The translations under genes were made by a program, and so were the position numbers. Positions 28,866 to 36,482 of a stretch of DNA of 64,000 nt are shown piece after piece. The stretch comes from Sulfurimonadaceae bacterium (lineage in GTDB: Bacteria > Campylobacterota > Campylobacteria > Campylobacterales > Sulfurimonadaceae): contig JBFEXS010000001.1 in assembly GCA_041562555.1 (NCBI GenBank), positions 6,378 to 70,377 on the forward strand, in the 5' to 3' direction. Below the pieces are notes generated by a model. It ran no database searches. It was not told the origin of the DNA and worked only from the letters and a program-made list of their open reading frames with translations. Each line of letters begins with the position of its first letter. Position 1 is the first letter of the stretch.

Positions 28866-30322
28866 TGGCATATATAGAGTTGCTTCTTTTTGTGACCAAT
28901 GTACTGTTTGTATTGAGTCTTGGCTGGTATCTCATCACAAACCTGCAATGGTATAACTACCAGATCGATCGCGTTGTCACCAAGCATCATAAGCCGTGGT
29001 GGCACCTTTTTTACTTTATTCTGCCGTTTATGATCTATTATGCCATGTATGCATTCAAGTGGGAAGAGTTCTTCAGTATCTATTTCTATTTTGCAGCGCT
29101 TCCGGCACTTTTCGTATGGCATAAAAAACTGGATAAACCGCTGGTATTAACATGGCGGGTCAGGCGTTTTCTGATACTTTTGGTCTTTTTAACGCTCTTT
29201 CAAAACTTCTTATGCACGATTAAAGATGATTGTGAAGTGTATGGTGTGTTTATGCCACTGCTTGTGGCTACGATAGGTTCAATATTTATAGAGAAATTTT
29301 TATTCCTGGCGTACATGAAAGAGGCAAAGCAAAAGCTCACGCAGATGAATGAGCTTAAAATTGTGGCGATTACGGGAAGTTATGGGAAGACGAGTATGAA
29401 AAACTTTGTCTTCCAGATTCTGCAAAAGAAATACAAGACCTATATGACACCACGTTCGGTCAATACTTTGGGTGGTCTGATCAAGGACATTAATACGGAT
29501 CTCCCTTCAGATACACAGGTCTATGTTGCAGAAGCGGGTGCAAGACAAAAAGGTGATATCTACCAGATAGCCCAACTATTAAATCATCATATTGCTATTG
29601 TCGGCAAGATTGGTCCGGCGCATATCGAATATTTTAAATCTATTGAGAATATCGTCAGGACAAAATTGGAACTGATGCAGAGCAAACGTCTGGAGAAAGC
29701 CTTTGTCCATGAAAGTGCGACAAATGAACCACATGAAAAAGTCGAGTTTTTTGGCTCGGAGATCAGCGGTCTTCACTCAAGTCTTGAGGGGCTTAGATTC
29801 ACACTTGAGATTGAAGGGAAGCGTTACCCTTTTGAGACACGTGTCCTGGGAGCATTTCAGGCAATCAATATCGCTGCTGCCGTAAAGGTGGCTCTGTATC
29901 TTGGTATGGGCATTGAGGAGATACAAAAAGCTGTTTCTGAACTTGAAGGGGTGGAGCATAGACTTCAACGTATCGATGCCGGTGGGAAAATCATCCTTGA
30001 TGACGGGTTTAATGGAAACATTGATGGGATGAAAGAAGCGATAAACCTCTGTGCTGAACATCAGGGCCCCAAGGTGATTGTGACCCCGGGACTTGTGGAA
30101 AGCACGGATGAATTAAACCTTGAACTGATTGAAGAGATCAATAAGGTCTTTGATACGGTCATCGTCACCGGTGCTTTGAATGCGGCTCTTTTCGATAAGC
30201 ACCTGCATGTCAAGAATAAGATCATGCTAAGTGACAAGTCAAAACTGACGGATCTGCTGGCGAAACAGACTGCAAGCGGAGATATTATCCTCTTTGCAAA
30301 TGATGCACCAAGTTTTATATGA
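28865..30322 (+). CDS. murF: UDP-MurNAc-tripeptide--D-Ala-D-Ala ligase with an N-terminal polytopic membrane domain
   Basis: Mur ligase P-loop 'AITGSYGKTSMK' at about aa 165, preceded by about 5 hydrophobic helices. Confidence 0.85.
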   Translation: MAYIELLLFVTNVLFVLSLGWYLITNLQWYNYQIDRVVTKHHKPWWHLFYFILPFMIYYAMYAFKWEEFFSIYFYFAALPALFVWHKKLDKPLVLTWRVRRFLILLVFLTLFQNFLCTIKDDCEVYGVFMPLLVATIGSIFIEKFLFLAYMKEAKQKLTQMNELKIVAITGSYGKTSMKNFVFQILQKKYKTYMTPRSVNTLGGLIKDINTDLPSDTQVYVAEAGARQKGDIYQIAQLLNHHIAIVGKIGPAHIEYFKSIENIVRTKLELMQSKRLEKAFVHESATNEPHEKVEFFGSEISGLHSSLEGLRFTLEIEGKRYPFETRVLGAFQAINIAAAVKVALYLGMGIEEIQKAVSELEGVEHRLQRIDAGGKIILDDGFNGNIDGMKEAINLCAEHQGPKVIVTPGLVESTDELNLELIEEINKVFDTVIVTGALNAALFDKHLHVKNKIMLSDKSKLTDLLAKQTASGDIILFANDAPSFI

Positions 30323-30801
30323 GATCACTAGATAGACTTAATGATCTGATTGCCCGTCTTAGCGCATCGGTATTAGTACTTCTTAGCTTTCTGATCGTCT
30401 ATGATGCCTTATCCCGGTATCTTTTTCATTCAGGCTCCATAGCGCTTCAAGAGCTAGAATGGCATCTTTTTGATCTGGTGATTTTATTAGGTATCTCTTT
30501 TGCCTTGAAAGAAGGTGCCCATGTTCGTGTTGATATCTTTTATGCCCATTTTAAGCCCAGAACAAAATCAATAGTCTCCATTATCTCGAATCTTTTTCTG
30601 ATCCTGCCTTTTTCCATGTTGATCCTGTACATGGGATATGACTTTGTACTTCAGAGTTATATCCAGAGCGAGGGTTCATGTGATCCAGGTGGACTGCCTT
30701 ATCGTTTTGTTGTCAAAGGGGTTATGCTTCTAAGCTTTTTCCTTGTTGCAGTACAATCGGTAAGTGAGATTGTAAAACACATCAGAGGTCTTAATCAGTG
30801 A
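30319..30801 (+). CDS. dctQ: TRAP transporter small permease subunit
   Basis: 160 aa with four hydrophobic helices. ATGA overlap with murF. Directly precedes the large subunit. Confidence 0.8.
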   Translation: MRSLDRLNDLIARLSASVLVLLSFLIVYDALSRYLFHSGSIALQELEWHLFDLVILLGISFALKEGAHVRVDIFYAHFKPRTKSIVSIISNLFLILPFSMLILYMGYDFVLQSYIQSEGSCDPGGLPYRFVVKGVMLLSFFLVAVQSVSEIVKHIRGLNQ

Positions 30802-32078
30802 TTGCCTTTATAATGTTCGCACTTGCCCTGATATTATTGATGCTCGGTTTTGAAGTCGCTTTCGTTTTTGGGTCCGTCGCACTCTTTTTTGCCTTACTGT
30901 CTCCCGAGCTTGGTTTGGATGTGTTTCATTTTCTTCCTTTTAGAATCTACGGGATCATGAGCAACTTTACCTTGATGGCTGTTCCCTTGTTTATCTTTAT
31001 GGGGCTTGTTTTGGAGAAAAGCCGTATGGCGGAAGACCTGTTGATCTCAATGAGCCGGCTGTTTGGCTCTGTACGTGGAGGGCTTGCAATCTCTGTAGTC
31101 CTGGTCGGGGCTATATTGGCAGCGTCGACAGGTATTGTGTCTGCTTCGGTTGTTATGATGTCCGTTATCGCACTGCCATTGATGTTGCAGCATGGATATT
31201 CCAGATCGCTTTCATCAGGTACCATAGCTGCTTCAGGTACATTGGGGCAGATCATTCCTCCATCCATTGTACTGATCATTCTGGGTGATGTGATGAGTGT
31301 AAGTGTTGGGGACCTTTTTAAAGGGGCTGTACTCCCCGGATTTCTTCTGGTCGGTTTATATATTGGATACATAGTAATGTATGCTTTGATAAAAAAGGAT
31401 GTAGCACCGGCTATAAAAGCAGACGGAGTAGGGATAGCAAAGAGTTTGCATGCGATCTTGCCCCCACTTATATTGATCTTTATCGTTCTGGGCTCTATCT
31501 TTGCAGGAATAGCATCACCCACGGAGTCTGCAGCATTCGGTGTCTTTGGTGCGATGATACTTGCAATCTATAAGCGAAGTTTTTCGCTGGAGATGGTGCA
31601 ATATGCGAGTCTGACGACAGTCAAGCTCTCGGGGATGATCTTTATGATATTGATTGGAGCCACCGCTTTTTCCTTGGTCTTTAACGAATTGGGAGGCTCG
31701 GATATCATCTTAGAGTTTTTTTCGGAGGATATTGCCGATCCTTGGGTCTTTATCGCCTTTGCAATGCTGATAATCTTTATCCTTGGCTTTTTTATCGATT
31801 TCATTGAAATCTCGTTTATTGTGATCCCGATCATGGTGCCTATTCTGGGTGAATTGGGGATTGATCCGATCTGGTTCGCTATTCTTGTTGCGATGAACCT
31901 TCAAGCCTCGTTTATCACTCCTCCCTTCGGTCTGTCACTCTTTTTTTTAAAGGGCGCTGCAAAGGAGCTGGTCACAACGGCGCAGATTTATAAAGGGATT
32001 GTCCCTTTTATATTTTTACAGTTAGTGGCATTGGGGCTGGTTATGATCTTCCCTGATTTGGTTTTTGCGTTTTTATAA
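30798..32078 (+). CDS. dctM: TRAP transporter large permease subunit
   Basis: 426-aa polytopic protein typical of DctM. GTGA overlap with dctQ. Confidence 0.85.
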   Translation: MIAFIMFALALILLMLGFEVAFVFGSVALFFALLSPELGLDVFHFLPFRIYGIMSNFTLMAVPLFIFMGLVLEKSRMAEDLLISMSRLFGSVRGGLAISVVLVGAILAASTGIVSASVVMMSVIALPLMLQHGYSRSLSSGTIAASGTLGQIIPPSIVLIILGDVMSVSVGDLFKGAVLPGFLLVGLYIGYIVMYALIKKDVAPAIKADGVGIAKSLHAILPPLILIFIVLGSIFAGIASPTESAAFGVFGAMILAIYKRSFSLEMVQYASLTTVKLSGMIFMILIGATAFSLVFNELGGSDIILEFFSEDIADPWVFIAFAMLIIFILGFFIDFIEISFIVIPIMVPILGELGIDPIWFAILVAMNLQASFITPPFGLSLFFLKGAAKELVTTAQIYKGIVPFIFLQLVALGLVMIFPDLVFAFL

Positions 32079-32117
32079 GTTACCATATAGATAAATAACA
32101 TATCAGGGGAAAGTCTT

Positions 32118-32609
32118 ATGGAAGATATCCTATATGCGCCTTGGCGTACGGAGTATATACAAGAGAAGATCGAAGGATGTGTTTTCTGTCACATCTCAGA
32201 TCATGCAGATGATGACAAAGACCTTCATGTCCTCTATCGGGATGAGTATTGTTTTGTCGTCATGAATAAATATCCTTATACACCGGGGCATTTCATGATC
32301 ATTCCTCATGTACATACGGATGCCCTGGAATCTCTTGATCCTGAAGTATGGTTACATATTGCTTCTTTGGCACAAAAAGGTGTAAAGCTCTTAAAAGAGG
32401 GGTTTAATGCCCAAGGAGTGAATATTGGGATGAATCTGGGGAAAGCAGGCGGCGCAGGAATAGCAGAGCATATTCATCTGCATCTAGTACCTCGATGGGA
32501 ACGAGACACCAATTTTATCACCTCAATTGCCCAAACACGTGTATATTCTACAGATTTTGAGACAATCTATCAAAAATTGTTAAATTTAATGCCACAATAT
32601 TTACTATAA
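32118..32609 (+). CDS. HIT-family nucleotide hydrolase/transferase
   Basis: Histidine triad 'HIHLHLVPR' and 'MNKYPYTPGHFMIIP'. Confidence 0.85.
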   Translation: MEDILYAPWRTEYIQEKIEGCVFCHISDHADDDKDLHVLYRDEYCFVVMNKYPYTPGHFMIIPHVHTDALESLDPEVWLHIASLAQKGVKLLKEGFNAQGVNIGMNLGKAGGAGIAEHIHLHLVPRWERDTNFITSIAQTRVYSTDFETIYQKLLNLMPQYLL

Positions 32610-32647
32610 AATGTTATTATCACTGAAAAAAATATCAGAGATTTATT

Positions 32648-33103
32648 ATGCATACGATTTTCACGCCGACAAAAAAGAGTCTGTTGAAGGGTAAGGATCG
32701 GGTTCTGGAAGCGATTTCCAGTGAATCCTATCGTTATGACCGGTACAAGGTTCCTTTTTGCCTAGCTGCTATCAATACCGAGAACCGTTCCCATCTTGAA
32801 AATATCAAGAAATATATTCGTAAGACAGATATATTAATCCCGATCAGTGACACATGTGCCTGCGTCGCTCTTGCTTCGACTGAAATCCAGGATGCCGTTA
32901 AAATGGGAGAAAACTTCATTCGCGATCATGTAACCCACGGAGAAAACAATAGAATCTATATTGGTGTGACAAGTGTAAAGCATAATCACTATAATTATGA
33001 TATTGTTTCACGTGCTTTTTACACTTTGGATAAAGCAAGAGAACAGAACATATCATCTGTAGAAGATGATAATGTATTAGAAAACATGAAGGCTTGTATA
33101 TGA
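32648..33103 (+). CDS. Degenerate GGDEF-like mini-protein (no GGDEF motif, RxxD retained)
   Basis: By-eye alignment to the DGC at 61528-62646: 'YIRKTDILIPISDTCACVAL' vs 'NIRKTDTLGRWGGEEFIIIN', and 'IYIGVTSV...VSRAFYTLDKAREQ' vs 'CSFGVAHS...LKRADKALYLAKDSGRN'. Confidence 0.55.
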   Translation: MHTIFTPTKKSLLKGKDRVLEAISSESYRYDRYKVPFCLAAINTENRSHLENIKKYIRKTDILIPISDTCACVALASTEIQDAVKMGENFIRDHVTHGENNRIYIGVTSVKHNHYNYDIVSRAFYTLDKAREQNISSVEDDNVLENMKACI

Positions 33104-33429
33104 GTATGTCCGTATTATTAGAATTTAGTATGTTTCCAACGAGTCCTGATGGCAGGGAAGGAGCAGGTGTCTCCGGGTATGTCAGCAAGGTCATAGATAT
33201 GATTGACAAGAGTGGTGTTGCCTATCAGCTAACTCCAATGGGAACTGTAGTCGAATGTGATTCCATGCGTGATGCTTTGGATGTGATCGAGAAAGCATAT
33301 GAGTGTCTTAGTGATTGTGAACGTGTCTATTCTTCACTGAAGTTTGATATTCGTAAAGGTAAAAGTAACCGTCTAAAATCTAAGATAGACTCCGTTCAGA
33401 ACGTTTTGGGTAGAGAGGTTAATCACTAA
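33100..33429 (+). CDS. MTH1187/YkoF-family (UPF0045, thiamine-binding-like) protein
   Basis: 'VLLEFSMFP...VSGYVSKVIDMIDKSGVAYQLTPMGTVVEC' is typical of the family. ATGA overlap with the upstream gene. Confidence 0.75.
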   Translation: MSMSVLLEFSMFPTSPDGREGAGVSGYVSKVIDMIDKSGVAYQLTPMGTVVECDSMRDALDVIEKAYECLSDCERVYSSLKFDIRKGKSNRLKSKIDSVQNVLGREVNH

Positions 33430-33542
33430 CCCAAAACCCTCCCACATCTCCACCTAATCATAAACCATCCCAATCTTATCTTATTATTAGACTGACTTAT
33501 AACTTCCTGATGATGCGATATTGTAATATTATGTTTTTATGC

Positions 33543-33548
33543 TATAAT
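33543..33548 (+). promoter_or_regulatory. Extended -10 promoter element (TGcTATAAT)
   Basis: 'ATGCTATAAT' lies 33 nt upstream of the ATG at 33581. Confidence 0.45.
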
Positions 33549-33580
33549 ATGTTAAATAAAATTAATTATTGGTGGGAAAA

Positions 33581-33937
33581 ATGAAAGAAACGGTTACATA
33601 TGATCAAATTCATCCTTTGGTTCAATACGTAGAGATAGCATCCGATGTCGTTCAATGTCATTTTCATTGCCCTGTTAAATCTAAAAAGATTGTTGCTATT
33701 ACACGCTTAACACGATTTGGCGATCGTGCACAACACGTTCCTGTGCCAGGTACAATAGGGCGCATCAAAGCTTCTGCACTTAATCAGTATAAAAAGTATT
33801 TTGGAAGATACGAGGAACCGACAGAAGTCGAGGATCCTGAAGTAGATAAAGAAAATGCAATTGTACATGCTTTTGGAAAAATTTCCGAGCGTTTTGTATG
33901 GAGCGAAACTCATAAACATTTTATTTATAAGTTCTGA
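33581..33937 (+). CDS. Hypothetical protein
   Basis: ATG preceded by GGTGGGA. 118 aa containing a 'CHFHCP' motif. No family recognised. Confidence 0.55.
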   Translation: MKETVTYDQIHPLVQYVEIASDVVQCHFHCPVKSKKIVAITRLTRFGDRAQHVPVPGTIGRIKASALNQYKKYFGRYEEPTEVEDPEVDKENAIVHAFGKISERFVWSETHKHFIYKF

Positions 33938-33944
33938 ATGCAGC

Positions 33945-33966
33945 GAGCAGAAGATATCTCCTGCTC
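33945..33966. terminator. Hairpin between convergent small genes
   Basis: GAGCAG-N10-CTGCTC between the stops at 33937 and 33988. Confidence 0.35.
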
Positions 33967-33987
33967 AATAAACTCAAAGTATGAATA

Positions 33988-34185
33988 TTAGTGTGCGCCA
34001 CCCAATGCTCTTGCACTCTCTTCAGTCTCTATCCCATGTTTTAAAAAACAGCTAAAAGCGGCAGTTACGGCAATGATCTTTAGATCAGACTCCCCCACAA
34101 GGGCCCATACTAGACAGAAAAGCAGTGCAACTGCCGAGATCGCAAATTTAGTTTTATTGGTAGTTAATTCTTCATGATGTGTCAT
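33988..34185 (-). CDS. Small membrane protein (65 aa)
   Basis: Strong SD (AAGGAG, spacing about 7 nt). Two hydrophobic helices. Confidence 0.55.
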   Translation of the reverse strand: MTHHEELTTNKTKFAISAVALLFCLVWALVGESDLKIIAVTAAFSCFLKHGIETEESARALGGAH

Positions 34186-34255
34186 TTTTTCTCCTTGAAA
34201 AAATATTATATCAGCCTAATATATACTCAAGATTAAATCTTGGATATAATGGGGC

Positions 34256-34735
34256 ATGGATAAAAAGAAAATTCGAAGTTTGGCCATTATTGGCATTATC
34301 ATCATTATGCTTATTGCACTTATTGTTTATGGTATCACAAACTCTGCTTTTAACTTCAAAGGTAATACCTTGAAGCAGAAACAAAAGGTCGGTCTTGGAT
34401 ATGTACGTACGGGTCGTGTTGAATATAATGCTCCGGAAGTGTTTTTATTGGGCGACTTTACGACGAACATGGCTACAAATGACAGGGCAGGAAAGTTCGT
34501 TCGGGTAGAAATACGCCTAAAGATGAGTACAACAGACCTGGCTGATGAGCTAAAAGAGAAAAATATCGTCTTGCGGGATGCGGTGATCGAAGAGATGAGT
34601 CTTAAGCGTTTTTCACAGGTCTCAACAGAAAAAGGCAAACTGGAATTAAAAGAAAATATCAAAAACAGAATGAACACGATTCTTGCCGACGGTGACGTTG
34701 AGGAAGTTTACTTTACGAAGTTTATTGTCCAGTAG
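34256..34735 (+). CDS. fliL: Flagellar basal-body-associated protein FliL
   Basis: Single N-terminal TM helix 'LAIIGIIIIMLIALIV', then a FliL-like domain ('KFVRVEIRLKMS...LRDAVIE...LKENIKNRMN'). Confidence 0.75.
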   Translation: MDKKKIRSLAIIGIIIIMLIALIVYGITNSAFNFKGNTLKQKQKVGLGYVRTGRVEYNAPEVFLLGDFTTNMATNDRAGKFVRVEIRLKMSTTDLADELKEKNIVLRDAVIEEMSLKRFSQVSTEKGKLELKENIKNRMNTILADGDVEEVYFTKFIVQ

Positions 34736-34737
34736 CT

Positions 34738-34762
34738 AAGAAAGAAACCGGGTTTCTTTCTT
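34738..34762. terminator. Bidirectional terminator
   Basis: Perfect 25-nt palindrome AAGAAAGAAACCGGGTTTCTTTCTT between convergent genes. T-runs on both strands. Confidence 0.6.
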
Positions 34763-34776
34763 CTTGTACACTGTGA

Positions 34777-35013
34777 CTAAGCTGCCGTATTCATATATAC
34801 AACATATAAAGAGATGCTGATCATAAGCAAAAAACTTAGTACTACAGGTAGCGGGATAGGGTCTAAAGCAAGGTATGCAAAGTGAAACAACGCTGCGATT
34901 GCCAAAGGAATGGTATACACAGGCATAAAGAAAAACATTGCGATGAGAACAGAAAACCAAAAAGTTGCTGCGATAAGCTTAACACTGTTACCCGTAGACT
35001 TGATATGCGTCAT
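34777..35013 (-). CDS. Small membrane protein (about 78 aa)
   Basis: The internal ATG ('MTHIKS') is preceded by GGAG. Two to three hydrophobic helices. Confidence 0.45.
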   Translation of the reverse strand: MTHIKSTGNSVKLIAATFWFSVLIAMFFFMPVYTIPLAIAALFHFAYLALDPIPLPVVLSFLLMISISLYVVYMNTAA

Positions 35014-35288
35014 TGAGATCTCCATAAATAAAAGTTATATTATTTTAGCTCATAAGTTTTATTTTAATAATATTTCTTAATAAAAAGATATAACTCTTTA
35101 TTATAAGTGTTACTATTATATATACTATTAAATTATGGTGTATGTTGGATCGTTATGATATATTAGCGTGATCATCTTTCACGGCTGAGAGTTTTAAGAC
35201 ATGAGATCATAGAAAAATTGTGATAGTTACTCTGATAGGGAAGGGAATTCGTTATAATCACATCTAAAGATTACAATAAAGAATTTAT

Positions 35289-36320
35289 ATGAATGCAATA
35301 CAGCGTGTAAAAGAAGCGATCGAAGAGATCAAAAAAGGCAAGATGGTCATCATGATGGATGATGAGGATAGAGAAAATGAGGGTGATTTGGTCTATGCCT
35401 CTACATTTTCAACTCCCGAACATGTAAATTTCATGGCTACGCATGCTAAAGGTCTGATCTGTGTTGCTATCTCAAATGATATTGCAACACGCCTGGAACT
35501 TAATCCCATGGTAAGTTCCAACACATCGATGCATGAGACGGCATTTACCGTTTCCGTAGATGCGACCGAAGCTGTGACCGGTATCTCTGCTGCAGAAAGG
35601 GATATGACAATCAAGATCTTGGCAAACCCACTTAGCAAACCAAGTGAGCTTGTAAAGCCCGGACATATCTTCCCGCTTATTGCCAAAGAGGGTGGGACAC
35701 TTATACGTACAGGGCATACAGAGGGTTCGGTGGACCTTTGCCGTCTTGCAGGACTTGCGGAATCTTCGGTGATCTGTGAAATCATGAAAGAAGATGGGAC
35801 AATGGCCCGTCGCGATGATCTTGAGATATTTGCCAAGGAGCATGATCAAAAGATAGTCTATATTTCGGATATTGTTGAATATCGACTTGCAAATGAGAGT
35901 CTCATCCGTGACACGCATGCCTCAGATGGTGAGTTCTTTGGAGTCAAAGTTAAAAAACATATCTTTATCGATCATGAAGAGAATGAGCATACAGCGATAG
36001 TCTTTCACAATGCAGGAGAGACAGCGAATGTTAAAGTACATAATATAATCTCTGATCTTGAGCTGCTTTCCAATGCAAGTAAATACGAGCAGTTGATCGA
36101 TTCGATCGATTATTTAAAACAAAATAGCGGGGTTTTGCTCTTTATCGATCATCCGACTCACCATGCAACTGCGATGAAAGAGTATGGGGTCGGCGCCCAG
36201 ATACTTAAAAGTCTTGGTGTGAAACACATGCGCCTGTTAACAAGCGCTCAAAAGACTGACTTCGTTGGGCTTTCGGGCTTTGGTCTGGAAGTCGCTGAAG
36301 TAATCAATCCTTCTGCATAG
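35289..36320 (+). CDS. ribB: 3,4-dihydroxy-2-butanone-4-phosphate synthase fused to a degenerate GTP-cyclohydrolase-II-like domain
   Basis: RibB motif 'DDEDRENEGDLV'. The C-terminal domain aligns to RibA but has no zinc cysteines ('VKVHNIISDLELLSNASKYEQL'). Confidence 0.85.
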   Translation: MNAIQRVKEAIEEIKKGKMVIMMDDEDRENEGDLVYASTFSTPEHVNFMATHAKGLICVAISNDIATRLELNPMVSSNTSMHETAFTVSVDATEAVTGISAAERDMTIKILANPLSKPSELVKPGHIFPLIAKEGGTLIRTGHTEGSVDLCRLAGLAESSVICEIMKEDGTMARRDDLEIFAKEHDQKIVYISDIVEYRLANESLIRDTHASDGEFFGVKVKKHIFIDHEENEHTAIVFHNAGETANVKVHNIISDLELLSNASKYEQLIDSIDYLKQNSGVLLFIDHPTHHATAMKEYGVGAQILKSLGVKHMRLLTSAQKTDFVGLSGFGLEVAEVINPSA

Positions 36321-36341
36321 CGATTATTCTTTATCTTCGAT

Positions 36342-36380
36342 GTCACTAAATTAATACATTTAGTGACAAACTGCTTTTTT
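36342..36380 (+). terminator. Rho-independent terminator after ribB
   Basis: GTCACTAAA-TTAATACA-TTTAGTGAC (9-bp stem), then 'AAACTGCTTTTTT'. Confidence 0.55.
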
Positions 36381-36482
36381 AACTTCTAAATTGTATAAAT
36401 TAAAACAACTATTTACTTTTTTATTATATGCTTTACTTATATTAGGAGTGTTTTTACACCTTCTTGATCGTAAGGGAATATC

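Noticed and set aside
30947-31522. Long antisense ORFs: 30947-31522, 57943-58479, 26102-26626, 5999-6532, 48330-48848, 22166-22681, 4274-4708
   Set aside because: All lie opposite confidently identified genes. They have low-complexity or odd composition (S/P/I-rich), no SD and no family resemblance. These are typical shadow ORFs.
35026-35288. Possible FMN (RFN) riboswitch in the 263-bp AT-rich leader of ribB
   Set aside because: None of the conserved RFN core segments (the GGGCGGGGNGAAATTCCC / ACCGGCGGT / GATTTGGTGAAATTCCAA type) are present. Only a trivial 'GGGAATTC' occurs. The region is about 75% AT and looks like a plain promoter spacer.
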